Below are positions 28,663-39,147 of a stretch of DNA of 64,000 bases, piece by piece; the stretch's first letter is position 1, and each line of letters starts with the position of its first letter. A program made the translations under genes and the position numbers. The DNA is from Phormidesmis sp. (GTDB lineage Bacteria; Cyanobacteriota; Cyanobacteriia; Leptolyngbyales; Leptolyngbyaceae). A model generated the notes under the pieces. It worked only from the letters and a program-made list of their open reading frames with translations, ran no database searches and was not told where the DNA came from. The DNA is taken from NCBI GenBank assembly GCA_965248535.1, contig CBDFJR010000002.1, forward strand, positions 1,984,001 to 2,048,000, read 5' to 3'.

Positions 28663-29838
28663 CTACTCTTTGATTTGCTCTATCCACAGCTTGGCGACAT
28701 TAGTCCACGTCTCGGTCTCGGCGATTTGCCTGAATTGTTGACTTAATTCATCCAGTTTGGCTCGATTCTTCAACAGTTCCACAACTTGATATGCGATCGC
28801 TGCTTGCGTGCTCTCATCATTTGGGTTACCAGAACTTTTTAGACAATATTCCTTCTCTGACAATGCGGCATAATCGGTAGACACAGGCAAACAGCCAACC
28901 ATTGCTGATTCCTTCAGGGATATCGCATCAATTTCTTCAAAGTTGGTTGCATAGTAGTGAATCACCGCATTTGCTTTTTCTCTAATTAATTCGCTCTGAC
29001 CAATTCTTCCATGCTCTACTAAACCTGGTTGATTCAACAATCCAACCATTTTATCTTTCCAGCCTAAATATTCTAGATTCTCTCCATACATTAGATCTGT
29101 AAACTCCCATCCATAATAAATATGGAGAACTGCTTCTGGAATTTCTTTTTTAATAATTGACCATCCATAAACCAGCATGAGTTCAAGTCCACGCTGATAG
29201 TTAGAAGCATAGATTAGCTTATAGGGATTCTTGCAGGTCAAATCAAGCTTGAGCAGCGATTGATCCACTCCATTGGGGATGATTACAACCTGATTTTCAT
29301 CGACTTGAGGAATCATCTTTCGCTGATAGTTAGACTTGAAAAATATAGTGTGGATGTTCTTTAGGTTCCGGTCATTAAATTGGTCTTTGTAAAGGACATC
29401 ATGCACGTCATACCAAACGCGATTGGCGTTATATGAGACGTTGAGAAAATCTAACCGTCGCCAAAGAATCAACGTATCAAACTGATCAAATCGATTGAAT
29501 TCAGTATAGTGACGATAATTTACTCCATCATAAACCCCTACTTTGTCACCAAAGTTGCCATAAACCGTTACGGCATAGCCTAACTTAGTCCATTCTTTAG
29601 CGAGGTTAATGATAGCCGTTTCAGAACCGCCAATTCCTGTTTTTAAACTGTCTGGAGACCACTCATAGATAGTGTGACCCGCACAATAGACGATCGACTT
29701 TTTAGCCCATTTTTTAGCCGTCATCTGGTCTTTTAGCTCAAACACTCTGTCTTTTAGATCACGTCCTCGTTTGAGGTACTTGATAATCCAAGACATTTTG
29801 CTCTGCTTAATTTGTTCTTTGATCGTCTGAACGTTCAT
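28663..29838 (-). CDS. Glycosyltransferase, GT-B/GT4-like (AT-rich)
   Basis: GIGGSETA, HD, IPNGVD, YASNYQRGL, EEIDAISLKES. Confidence 0.8.
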   Translation of the reverse strand: MNVQTIKEQIKQSKMSWIIKYLKRGRDLKDRVFELKDQMTAKKWAKKSIVYCAGHTIYEWSPDSLKTGIGGSETAIINLAKEWTKLGYAVTVYGNFGDKVGVYDGVNYRHYTEFNRFDQFDTLILWRRLDFLNVSYNANRVWYDVHDVLYKDQFNDRNLKNIHTIFFKSNYQRKMIPQVDENQVVIIPNGVDQSLLKLDLTCKNPYKLIYASNYQRGLELMLVYGWSIIKKEIPEAVLHIYYGWEFTDLMYGENLEYLGWKDKMVGLLNQPGLVEHGRIGQSELIREKANAVIHYYATNFEEIDAISLKESAMVGCLPVSTDYAALSEKEYCLKSSGNPNDESTQAAIAYQVVELLKNRAKLDELSQQFRQIAETETWTNVAKLWIEQIKE

Positions 29839-29889
29839 ATTGAAGCCTTTTTGAAGATGCGTCGAAATCAATTTTTGGCGGGAAGTTGT

Positions 29890-31209
29890 CTACTGTTTGA
29901 CCAACGGAGGAACCACAAAAAGCTTTTGCGTTTTCACGATCGACAAAATTTCAGCATCGACTGCATCCACTCCACCATAAGGCGCAAATTCCGCTCCGCT
30001 AAAATTGCCCTTTATATCGAAATCTCGCACTCCCGTGTCATCCATATACCAGCCATAAGTTTGAATCGCTTCGAGGATGCGACGAGCAGGCAGCGATAGT
30101 TTGATCTTTGTCAAATCTAAGCTCGGATCGAGTTGAACCAAGAACCCGTAGCCCAGCAAGCCTCGGTTATTTTTGTCGATCGAGTTATCTACATTGTTCG
30201 CAGGATAGACGATCGCTCTCCAGGCATTTTTAACCGGGCCAGTCAGCGCATGAGGAATCGGCTGATGGGGATTAATCGCTTCCCCCGGACGAATTAATGC
30301 CACTAAGTCTGACTTTGCCGCCGCATTAATTCCCCCCTGATCACCCAGGTTTGGCAACGTTTCTTTCGGGGTGACCGCTTCCCCAGACCAGTTTCCTAGC
30401 TTGGTTCCTAGATCCGGGCGATCGCAGTCTGGCGACGAAATCCAGGTGGCGACGATCGTGTTGTCTGAGCTATCCAGCCAAATCACCGTTCTGTCAGACG
30501 AGTCATAAGGGACACCCTCTCCAGTCCCTTTGAGCAAAACATTGGCGCTGTTGCGAAGATGAGTCGTGGTGTTATAGCCCTTAAACGGGTTGTGCTGGGG
30601 GCAAACTCCCGGTTTAGCGTAGGCTCCATTGGCTAGCGATAGTTGCCGAACCGGGTCAGTCGCCTTTGAAATCACAAGTCCAATGCCAAACCCGTCAGAC
30701 CCATCTTTAGGAGCGCCCAGCGTCGAGATATGACCGCTTTGAACATACCCGATCGGGAGTTGAACTCGCGCCGAATTTGAGGAAATTTTGTGGTAGAACG
30801 GCGCATCGACCGAGTAGGGCTGGGCATAGCTGCCATTCAGGGGCTGAGGCGTACTTTTAGACCAGTTAGCGGGTCTGAGTTTGCGTAATTCCTCCTTCTC
30901 TAACGACAGATCAATACCAGACGCTTGATACATACGAATGATTTCTTTGCGCTTGGCAATGTAGTCTGGCGGCAGCGTAATGCCAGGGGTTGCGGTGCGA
31001 TCGTAGATCTCGTCTACAGTTCGTGAACGAGCGGTTGAATGAGGCAAATATTGACTAAGCTGGGCGCTAAAAGCTAGAGAGGAAGCAACCGTGGGTTGAG
31101 CAGTGGTGATGGGGGTTTTGCCGATCGTGCAACTGCCAGCCATCGCAATCAGGGCGATCACCACCAGCCCCAAGGAAGTTCGCTTCAGCTTTTTGAAAAA
31201 TAATTGCAT
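29890..31209 (-). CDS. Exported protein (possible lipoprotein) of unknown function
   Basis: Signal peptide with AGS-C; C-terminal LIRPGE..IPHAL..YPA..YG..QLDP..LS..ARRILEAIQTYG..DDTG block. Confidence 0.75.
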   Translation of the reverse strand: MQLFFKKLKRTSLGLVVIALIAMAGSCTIGKTPITTAQPTVASSLAFSAQLSQYLPHSTARSRTVDEIYDRTATPGITLPPDYIAKRKEIIRMYQASGIDLSLEKEELRKLRPANWSKSTPQPLNGSYAQPYSVDAPFYHKISSNSARVQLPIGYVQSGHISTLGAPKDGSDGFGIGLVISKATDPVRQLSLANGAYAKPGVCPQHNPFKGYNTTTHLRNSANVLLKGTGEGVPYDSSDRTVIWLDSSDNTIVATWISSPDCDRPDLGTKLGNWSGEAVTPKETLPNLGDQGGINAAAKSDLVALIRPGEAINPHQPIPHALTGPVKNAWRAIVYPANNVDNSIDKNNRGLLGYGFLVQLDPSLDLTKIKLSLPARRILEAIQTYGWYMDDTGVRDFDIKGNFSGAEFAPYGGVDAVDAEILSIVKTQKLFVVPPLVKQ

Positions 31210-31251
31210 CCTGTACGCTCAACTCTAAGGAGTAGATTGATTGCCGCCCCA

Positions 31252-33153
31252 TCACCCCACTGGCAGCGACTGCACATTATGGAACGACCAATAAGTGCCC
31301 TTATTTTTGAGTAGCTGCTCGTGTCTACCAGACTCGATAATTCGACCCTTCTCCATGACAACAATGCAGTCGGCGCTGCGGATGGTGGATAAACGGTGCG
31401 CGATGACAATGACCGTGCGATTTTGGCGCAGTCGCTCCAGGGCATCCTGCACCAAACGCTCAGACTGAGAATCGAGAGCGCTCGTTGCCTCGTCCAAAAT
31501 GAGAATGTCGGGGTTGCGTAAAATAGCTCGTGCGATCGAGATGCGTTGACGCTGCCCACCCGATAGCTGGACTCCCCGATCGCCGACTAGCGTAGAGTAG
31601 CCTTCAGATAGCTGTTGAATAAATTCATCCGCGTTGGCAAACCGGGCAGCCTCGACCACCTGTTCATCGCTGACATTCTCTAGACCGTAGGCAATATTGT
31701 CACGAATTGACGTATTGAAAATATAGGTATCTTGGCTGACTGTGCCGATGCGCTGTCTCAGAGAGGTCAAATCATAGTCGCGAACATCTTGACCGTCGAT
31801 CTCGATCGTGCCACTCGTCACGTCATAAAATCGGGGCATCAGCACAGCCACCGTTGATTTCCCCGCACCCGAAGCACCCACTAAAGCGACCGTCTCACCA
31901 CAGGGAATCTCTAAATTAAAGTCTTCGATCACCTTAGAGCGATTGTTGTAAGCAAAACTGACATTCCGAAAGGTAATGCCCTTTTGCAATCGGGTAAACT
32001 CGCGGCTGCCTGACAACGGTGCCTGAGACTTCGGGGACGACAAGGTATTAATGACAACCGATAAAGAAGGTGAATACTGCTGAATCGCTCCTCGACCCGC
32101 ATTAATCCGCTTGCTGATTGGTAAGATTTTGATGAGTGCCAGCATAAAAGCCAGCAGTTCTGAAGTGCTTAATAACCCCTTAGAGATTAACAAGTTATAG
32201 CTGCACACCAAAATTAGCAGCGCCACCGTCATCGTCGCCAGCTCAGTCAGGGGATCAATCAGTCTCATCTTCTTTGAAGACAAGATAATCCTATCTCTGA
32301 CGACATCGCATAGCTGATTAAACCGTTTTAATTCAAATTCTTGAGTCGCATAAGACTGAACAATTCGCACCCCAGATAGCGTATCGAGAAAGCGCACATA
32401 CAGCGCCTCTCTGGCTTCATACTCAGCTTTTCCTAGCGGCTTAAGATTGCCCAACAGTCGGGTCAACCCCAGACCAACCCCGCCAATCAACAAGACAATG
32501 AGAACAGTTAGTTGCCACGACACCAGCAACATCGTCGCAATATAAGCGGTCAGAATCGTCAGACTGATCACAAGACCAATCACCCAACTCAGCAAAATGC
32601 TGATATTGTTGACCTCTCCCAACATATTGGACAACGTGCCCATTTTTTCATTGTCAAAGAAGGTAATGGGCGCGTAGAGATATTTCTCATAGAGACGCTT
32701 GCGGAAGAGAGAAATAATATTTTGAGTATAAATAGTTGTCCCGTCTTCGGCAAAATAGCTAAAGACGCTTTTAAGCGCAACAGACGCTATCAAAACCAGA
32801 CTAAACAGAGCCAGAAGCATCCCTTTGGGCTGTTGGGCTAACCAAACCCCTCCATCGGGTAAGAAAGAGAGCACAGGCAGATGAAAGCTGCTATTCTCGC
32901 TCAACAGAATTTGTAGAAAAGGAATCGTCAGCCCAATGCCTGCACCATCCAATAGCGCCGCTAAAATCATCGAGATGATGCCTAAGTAGAGCGGCTTGCG
33001 GGGCACCTGCCTGCCGATGCGAATAAGCTGTCTAATATTTTGCCAGCGATCGCTTGATTGACCTTTCTGATTCTTTGTCCCGTCGAGACTTGATTTAAGA
33101 TGTTTCCGTTTCACAGTGTCTCTCAAAAATTTGTCCAGTAGATATCCCATCAC
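31252..33153 (-). CDS. HepA/MsbA-like ABC transporter (permease plus ATPase)
   Basis: TM domain; GASGAGKST; LSGGQRQR; ILDEATSALD; IAHRLST. Confidence 0.93.
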   Translation of the reverse strand: MMGYLLDKFLRDTVKRKHLKSSLDGTKNQKGQSSDRWQNIRQLIRIGRQVPRKPLYLGIISMILAALLDGAGIGLTIPFLQILLSENSSFHLPVLSFLPDGGVWLAQQPKGMLLALFSLVLIASVALKSVFSYFAEDGTTIYTQNIISLFRKRLYEKYLYAPITFFDNEKMGTLSNMLGEVNNISILLSWVIGLVISLTILTAYIATMLLVSWQLTVLIVLLIGGVGLGLTRLLGNLKPLGKAEYEAREALYVRFLDTLSGVRIVQSYATQEFELKRFNQLCDVVRDRIILSSKKMRLIDPLTELATMTVALLILVCSYNLLISKGLLSTSELLAFMLALIKILPISKRINAGRGAIQQYSPSLSVVINTLSSPKSQAPLSGSREFTRLQKGITFRNVSFAYNNRSKVIEDFNLEIPCGETVALVGASGAGKSTVAVLMPRFYDVTSGTIEIDGQDVRDYDLTSLRQRIGTVSQDTYIFNTSIRDNIAYGLENVSDEQVVEAARFANADEFIQQLSEGYSTLVGDRGVQLSGGQRQRISIARAILRNPDILILDEATSALDSQSERLVQDALERLRQNRTVIVIAHRLSTIRSADCIVVMEKGRIIESGRHEQLLKNKGTYWSFHNVQSLPVG

Positions 33154-33189
33154 ACCCCTGTCATCTGAAGCGCAGCCCTCACACGCGGT

Positions 33190-34164
33190 TTAGAAAAAAG
33201 CGTCTTTGATCGTTAATCGCATTTCCTGAATGAAAGATTGCTTGTAGTCTGCCCACCATAGCTGTATTTTTTCAGATAAACGCTCTATATCAATTGAATT
33301 GAGCAAGGGTTCTAAATCTCTCCAGTTATAAATTAGAGGACAGGGAAAATTTGACTCGAATGCTTTTTCCCAATATCGATAATTTCTTAACCAAAATCTC
33401 CGATCGCGGCTGCCATAACTAATGAGTAGTTGAGGATCAACTAATACTGATAAAGCTTGACGAATATTTTGGGCGGCAATAATTGGAATGGTTCCAGCCT
33501 CTAGAGATTCATAAACTCGAAAACAATCGACTGAGTTGTTTCCCATAGGGCATAGAGAAAATTTTGTATTGTTTAATAAAGCAGCATAGTCTGGGGTTTG
33601 AAGTCCGTTTGGATCGTTCCACTGAGTCGTCGTATGATATTTCCCTCCGGGAATACGTTTGGCGTACTCCATCATTTCATAGCGCGATCCTTTTAACTGA
33701 CCCGCAAAAGACCACAGATACTCCCTTTGGTGAATGGGTCTATCGACTAGCGCTTGACAGAAACCAGATTTATAGCCGAGCGGCAAGTAGTGACAGGTCT
33801 GATATCTTTTGTGATCCTCTTCTTTGTAGTATTGTCTAAAAACAAAATTTAGGTCGCGATAAAAATTAGTAGACTCTTTATAGAATTCATCACCTAAATG
33901 AAATAGACCTACCTTCATTCCTGCATCTTTAAAGCGCTTGACATAATCAAAAAATTCCTGGCGCTCTCTCCGATACTTCTGTCGTGATTCATAATCCTCA
34001 AAAAACATCTGACTCAGATTGGCAACAATGATGGCGTTGTCAACGCAAACTTTATTTTCTAAATCAACAATATGATTTACTTCAAAGTCAGATAGCAGTA
34101 AATTAATCCAATCATATTCGTAAGAAGAATGAGGCTCAAATTTCCACCAAATCAGGTTAATCAT
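33190..34164 (-). CDS. Exostosin-like (GT47) glycosyltransferase
   Basis: HLGDE, WSFAG, FSLCPMG...FRVYESLEAGTIPI. Confidence 0.8.
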   Translation of the reverse strand: MINLIWWKFEPHSSYEYDWINLLLSDFEVNHIVDLENKVCVDNAIIVANLSQMFFEDYESRQKYRRERQEFFDYVKRFKDAGMKVGLFHLGDEFYKESTNFYRDLNFVFRQYYKEEDHKRYQTCHYLPLGYKSGFCQALVDRPIHQREYLWSFAGQLKGSRYEMMEYAKRIPGGKYHTTTQWNDPNGLQTPDYAALLNNTKFSLCPMGNNSVDCFRVYESLEAGTIPIIAAQNIRQALSVLVDPQLLISYGSRDRRFWLRNYRYWEKAFESNFPCPLIYNWRDLEPLLNSIDIERLSEKIQLWWADYKQSFIQEMRLTIKDAFF

Positions 34165-34302
34165 GTCCAGTTTTAGCTAGTTTATGCTTGGCAAAAGGTG
34201 AATACATCTGAAGTTTGAGAAAACTGTACTACCAAAAACATTGCAAACGCACCATAGCAGGAAATCAACCTACCTAATTTGTCCTTCTACTAAAAATCGG
34301 AA

Positions 34303-35556
34303 TTATGCCTGTCTTTTTGCGCTTCTATAAGCTGACATGACCTGACGATGGTCTGCGTTCCTATAGTGAGTGATGAAATTCCAGGTTCTACTCCAGCGGA
34401 TCAAGTCGCGCCCTAGCCCTTGAACGCTATCTCCAAATCTGGGAAGCCCTGGGTCGATCGCTTGCCCATTGAGCAGCGCCATCCACAGGCTACAGATGCG
34501 CTGGTTGTTAAACTTTTGTCTGACAAACTCACCCGCTAGTCTGCCATTTTCAGCAACCCGTTCTTTGTTAGATAAGCCTTCAACAATCCGTTCACTCACT
34601 GATTGAACTGCGTCCCCCTCTGCTAGCGAATTGAACGTATCGTGATAGATCGTTTCTGGAAGCGCTCCGGCTCTGACAGAGAAAACGGTGCGATCGCAGA
34701 CCTCAGCCTCGACAGCAGAGATGCAAAACGTTTCAGGGTGTCTATAGGATGGATTGACAATCACCGCCCAAGACTTAGCAATTTCGGTCTGAAGCTGACT
34801 GGGAGACAGTGACCCTAAAAATTTGGGCTGGTAGTTTGGGGGCAAGGAGTCTAGCCACGGTTGGATGACGGTGTTCTCTAAAGTCGGTTCGGCGAGTCCG
34901 GCCTCTCCAGCCAAATTGTCTTGATAGAGGCTGATGCTGCCCGCGATCGCAAACTCTAACGCAACTTGGCGCTGGGCCAGGTCAGACCAAATTTGAGTTA
35001 GCTCAAGCAATCCTTTACCAAGACCGAGTGCCCCGACAAACAAAAGTCTAGGAACCTTCAGTTCTTCAATCTCACTAGCCGGGACTGGACGAAACAGAGC
35101 AGAGTGAAGATTAGGAATCACAACCACCTTGTCCTGCCATCCCGGCAACATACGATACCATTTCGCTAGATATTGGGAGGGACAAATCACCTTATGTCCT
35201 CTTTCTTGTAGGAAGGTGTGAATGAGAGTCTTAGGAGCCTGAAGGTGAAGCCAGAGCCATGTTTTGGTCAAAACGTGATTGCCAAACGTCAATGACAGCC
35301 CATCCCAGTGCCCTTGGTGGACAATCAAGTGGTCAAACTCTTCAGCCTTTACATCCTGATGGCTGACAGATTTGAAGTGACAACTAGAGACCGGGGCAGC
35401 CATACTCAGGCAGACCTCAACTCCCGCCGCCGCTAATAAACCTGCTAGTCGAATAAATGAACCATCCGTTCCATTCACAGGAGCGTGACCACTGATAATG
35501 TCATCGATCGAGCGATAGGATTTATGCTCGACTGGCAGAGCTACTAAGACCTTCAT
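34303..35556 (-). CDS. Glycosyltransferase family 4
   Basis: LFVGAL..GKG; ETFCISAVEA; GALPE. Confidence 0.82.
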   Translation of the reverse strand: MKVLVALPVEHKSYRSIDDIISGHAPVNGTDGSFIRLAGLLAAAGVEVCLSMAAPVSSCHFKSVSHQDVKAEEFDHLIVHQGHWDGLSLTFGNHVLTKTWLWLHLQAPKTLIHTFLQERGHKVICPSQYLAKWYRMLPGWQDKVVVIPNLHSALFRPVPASEIEELKVPRLLFVGALGLGKGLLELTQIWSDLAQRQVALEFAIAGSISLYQDNLAGEAGLAEPTLENTVIQPWLDSLPPNYQPKFLGSLSPSQLQTEIAKSWAVIVNPSYRHPETFCISAVEAEVCDRTVFSVRAGALPETIYHDTFNSLAEGDAVQSVSERIVEGLSNKERVAENGRLAGEFVRQKFNNQRICSLWMALLNGQAIDPGLPRFGDSVQGLGRDLIRWSRTWNFITHYRNADHRQVMSAYRSAKRQA

Positions 35557-35637
35557 GATAATGAGTCGATCTCCAGATAGTGACCACAGATTTAAGGAAT
35601 GAGGGCTGAAAGGCGGCTGACTCGCTGAAGGGTCAAT

Positions 35638-36651
35638 CTACCAGCCCAGCAGTTTCAACACCTTCTCAATGATGCGGATATCAAACGTCCGGTTATAGGG
35701 CTGATAATAAGCCTGAGAAGCTTGCAGCCAGCGATGAACCCACTTGTCGAGCTTACTGCGGGGGTCGCTGAGAGACTGAGAGGGTTCCTTGCCATAGATT
35801 TCTCGATGGACTGCTTCCCAATCGACACTCCAGATATTCTGTCGTCGAAAGTGTTTAGGCCCATATTTATCAACCATATCCAGCAATTCTTTGTCCCACC
35901 AGGGGCGATGAGGGCGATGGATGCTCGTCATGTCGATGCCCCGATCGGTGTAGCCCTGAAACCAATGGCTAGGGATCGGTCGGATTTGATCGGGTTTCAG
36001 ACTATCTTCCTCGTGGTACTGCCGATAGAGTTCAATGGCGCTGCGATCGGGGTTAACAATTCGTTCAAAACACTGATACCAGCGCCACTTACTCTCCCGG
36101 CGCATTTCATCGGTGAAAGCAAAGTGCATAACTTTGATATCTCGCATCAAAATATCGGGGGCATTCAACGGAGCCGGAATCCGCGTTGTGTGCAGGGTGC
36201 TCCACATCGGTTCACTGCCGTCATCCATAAAGCCCCAAGCATAGTCCCAGGGTGCTGTCCAATAGTGCTCAAGATCGCCCATCAAGTTGGCCCACTTAAA
36301 GCGGACAGCGGTGCCCATGGGGGCATTCAGCAGCGTCTGCCATTCAGGGCTAGTCATAAAATTAGACGTGAATGCTTCATCGGCATCCAGCGTGATCAAG
36401 AGCCGGGGCCCCGGAATCTGGCGGGCAGCATCCAACACGAGCTTTTGTCTTTCGGCTTCGTTGTAGCCCGTCCCAGGGTTGTGAACCACCGTTACTTTAG
36501 GGTAGCGGCGGGCAATGTCGGCAGAGTTATCGGTCGATTGGTCGGCGAGGATGATATGGTCTGCCCAGAGGCTGGCACACTGCAAGAACCGATCGAGAAT
36601 CCAAGCTTCATTTTTAATCGGCGTAAGACAGATGATGGTTGGTTTTCCCAT
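35638..36651 (-). CDS. Glycosyltransferase family 2 (paralog of 58834-59841)
   Basis: TPIKNEAWIL, ADQSTD, LDADE. Confidence 0.85.
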   Translation of the reverse strand: MGKPTIICLTPIKNEAWILDRFLQCASLWADHIILADQSTDNSADIARRYPKVTVVHNPGTGYNEAERQKLVLDAARQIPGPRLLITLDADEAFTSNFMTSPEWQTLLNAPMGTAVRFKWANLMGDLEHYWTAPWDYAWGFMDDGSEPMWSTLHTTRIPAPLNAPDILMRDIKVMHFAFTDEMRRESKWRWYQCFERIVNPDRSAIELYRQYHEEDSLKPDQIRPIPSHWFQGYTDRGIDMTSIHRPHRPWWDKELLDMVDKYGPKHFRRQNIWSVDWEAVHREIYGKEPSQSLSDPRSKLDKWVHRWLQASQAYYQPYNRTFDIRIIEKVLKLLGW

Positions 36652-36734
36652 AATGAGATCTCCTCTGGAGTAGCAAAATAGGTAACGTTTGAGAAGGGAG
36701 GGGAGCGATCGGGCTGATCAAAGCGACTCACCCT

Positions 36735-37721
36735 TTAGCCAAACCAAACTTTAGAAAAGTATCCCCATTGCCACGAGAGCATGAGTTTTGCCTGATCCAA
36801 AAGTCTAATTTGAACCTTGTGTGGGGTGCGAGACACTCGCTGCAAGATGAGTGGATTTAACTCAAAGATGCGTTTTAGCAGATTCCAGGTGCTACTCAAT
36901 CGTTGATAAATCGGCGACTTGCCAACAATGCTATCCACCAAAGCAACCGAGTAGCCTTGCCAATAGCTGCGCTGAACTAACCAAGCTGGGTTAATCCGTT
37001 CTTTAGGAACCCAATGAGACACGGATGCTTGAGGGCTGTAGTAAAACCCTTCGCCTTGAGCTTTTAAGGTGGCATTCAACAAGGTTTCTTCACCCGACAG
37101 CAGGCTTTGTCCTTTGCGCCCCAGTTGTTCACAAAATCCTCCTGCTTTTTCTAGGGCATCACGGCGATAGATCACGTTTGCTCCCCAGGGATATTCATTG
37201 TCGTGAAACCACCGGGGCGCATCTCCGCCATCAAGCATGGTGAACAGCGTTTCCATAATGGGAGTAATCCAGTCAGGTCGAGGAATCTCCCAAAGCGGAT
37301 AGATCGGCCCGCCCACACTCACGGGTTTGGGGTGCACCGTTTCAAAAACAGTCAGAATGGCTTCAACCCACTGTTCACAGGGAATAGCATCATCATCTAA
37401 ATAGGCAATATAGGGACTTTGAGTAGTCTGCCAGCCTGTGTTACGAGCTTTTGACAGCCCTTGAATCGGCTCATAGACATAGCTAAAGTTTGCAAACCGT
37501 TCTTGAAACGATTGACAGACTCTAGAGGTGTCATCGGTAGAGCGATTATCGACCACCAAAACCTCAAACTTCTGGCTTGGCAGCGTCTGTTTGGTCAACG
37601 CCTCTAGAGCCAAAAGCAGACGATCGGCACGATTATAGGTGCAGATGACGACCGCGATCGGCGGTAGCTGATTGACGAAGGCTAAGGGGTCTGACCCACG
37701 ATTTTGAGTTTCCACTTCCAT
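36735..37721 (-). CDS. Glycosyltransferase family 2
   Basis: VVICTYNR, VDNRSTD, GLSKARN, YLDDD, GANV, GEE. Confidence 0.92.
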   Translation of the reverse strand: MEVETQNRGSDPLAFVNQLPPIAVVICTYNRADRLLLALEALTKQTLPSQKFEVLVVDNRSTDDTSRVCQSFQERFANFSYVYEPIQGLSKARNTGWQTTQSPYIAYLDDDAIPCEQWVEAILTVFETVHPKPVSVGGPIYPLWEIPRPDWITPIMETLFTMLDGGDAPRWFHDNEYPWGANVIYRRDALEKAGGFCEQLGRKGQSLLSGEETLLNATLKAQGEGFYYSPQASVSHWVPKERINPAWLVQRSYWQGYSVALVDSIVGKSPIYQRLSSTWNLLKRIFELNPLILQRVSRTPHKVQIRLLDQAKLMLSWQWGYFSKVWFG

Positions 37722-37789
37722 AAACTTTAGATTTTAGACCGTGAGAACAAACGGGTTAACGCAGCTTATACAGTTGAAAAACTAGAGTC

Positions 37790-39001
37790 TCATTGCGGTT
37801 GCAACTGGCGGATGTGCCAACGCTGCATCATGGCTGCACAAATTTCTGCAACGATCGTGCGGGCACTAAACGGCGCAGCCGACTCTAGACACGCCTGCAC
37901 CGGAAAGTGTTGAGGATGAGCCATGACTTGGTTGAGGGCGGCAGACAGGGATTCAGCCGTGCGCTGCTCACAGACCACACCACTCTGGCTAGAGAGCAAG
38001 TTTGGGGTTTCTCCGCAGCGAGTGCTGACGACAGGGATGCCGCTCGCCAATGCCTCTAAGACGGCGACGGGCAGACCTTCATAGACGCTCGACAGCACAA
38101 AGACGCTGGCAATCTGCTGGAGTTTTGCCAGATCGCTTTGGGGCAACGCTCCTAACATCGTGACCCGTTCACTCAACCCTAGATGAGCAATTTCAGCGCG
38201 GAGTGGCTCTGATAAATCTCCTTCTCCAGCAATGAGCAAATGAATCGTAGGGTCTTTGAGATTGGCAAGGGCACGCACCAGCAGCAGCGGGTCTTTTTGA
38301 GCATGGAGGCGACCTGCAAATAGAACGAAACGGGTTTGAGCAGACAACTCTAACTTTTGGGCTAGGGTTGAACGCGCTTGGTCACGCTCCGCCGGAGCCA
38401 GGGGAAAGAAAATTTCGGTATCGACCGTGTTTCGCAGATAGCGTACCCGATCGGCGTAGCTCGGATATCGCTGTTGATAAAAGGCGGCTGAAGCGTGATT
38501 GCACGACAGGATCTCAGTAAACTGGGGCACGACCCATTGCTCGATCGCGAAATAGGCCGACGGGAGGCGCTGCCAGAAAATGCCGCCCTTAGACTGAGTG
38601 GGTTGAACCTGAGCCTGAATGTCGTTATGAATAAAAAGGGTTTTGTCGCCTGACCAGTGCCGAGTCGCGAGGGTCGGCTCTAATCGATGAAAGTGCATGA
38701 AATCAGAGGCTAGATTCTGCTTAAATAGCGCGCCAGCATAGCGAACCGTATCAGGAACCCAACTGCCGCCGTTTTCTTTGGGTTGAGTAAACAGGGGCAT
38801 AAACTCGATCGGGCGACCCATCAACTCTGCGGTTTGCCAGGTTCCGGGTCTGATTCGCTCTTCGACCTGAGTGCCGACTAGCCGCAAATCAAAGCTATCA
38901 GGTGCATATTTAATGAAGGAACGAATCACAGTTTGGATGCCGCCGACACTGTTACTCCAAGGGTCAAACTGATAAAAAATCGTGATAACTGGTTTACGCA
39001 T
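37790..39001 (-). CDS. Glycosyltransferase family 4
   Basis: GGIQT, FAGRL..QK, EGLPVAVLEAL. Confidence 0.9.
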   Translation of the reverse strand: MRKPVITIFYQFDPWSNSVGGIQTVIRSFIKYAPDSFDLRLVGTQVEERIRPGTWQTAELMGRPIEFMPLFTQPKENGGSWVPDTVRYAGALFKQNLASDFMHFHRLEPTLATRHWSGDKTLFIHNDIQAQVQPTQSKGGIFWQRLPSAYFAIEQWVVPQFTEILSCNHASAAFYQQRYPSYADRVRYLRNTVDTEIFFPLAPAERDQARSTLAQKLELSAQTRFVLFAGRLHAQKDPLLLVRALANLKDPTIHLLIAGEGDLSEPLRAEIAHLGLSERVTMLGALPQSDLAKLQQIASVFVLSSVYEGLPVAVLEALASGIPVVSTRCGETPNLLSSQSGVVCEQRTAESLSAALNQVMAHPQHFPVQACLESAAPFSARTIVAEICAAMMQRWHIRQLQPQ

Positions 39002-39147
39002 AAGAACGAATCAACTTAATGGATCACGGCTGAGAAGGTTGAGATCATCAAACCGCATCAAAACGTTTTGCATCCCAACAGACCCTGTTTCAGCATTTAG
39101 GGCATCACGACGGCTGCGACTAGCAATCCTTGCCTAAGCAGAGAGGC

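Noticed and set aside
35722..36681. 319-aa plus-strand ORF
   Set aside because: Fully antisense to a clear GT2 gene with no motifs. The paralog gives a similar shadow ORF (59197-59577), as expected from codon bias.
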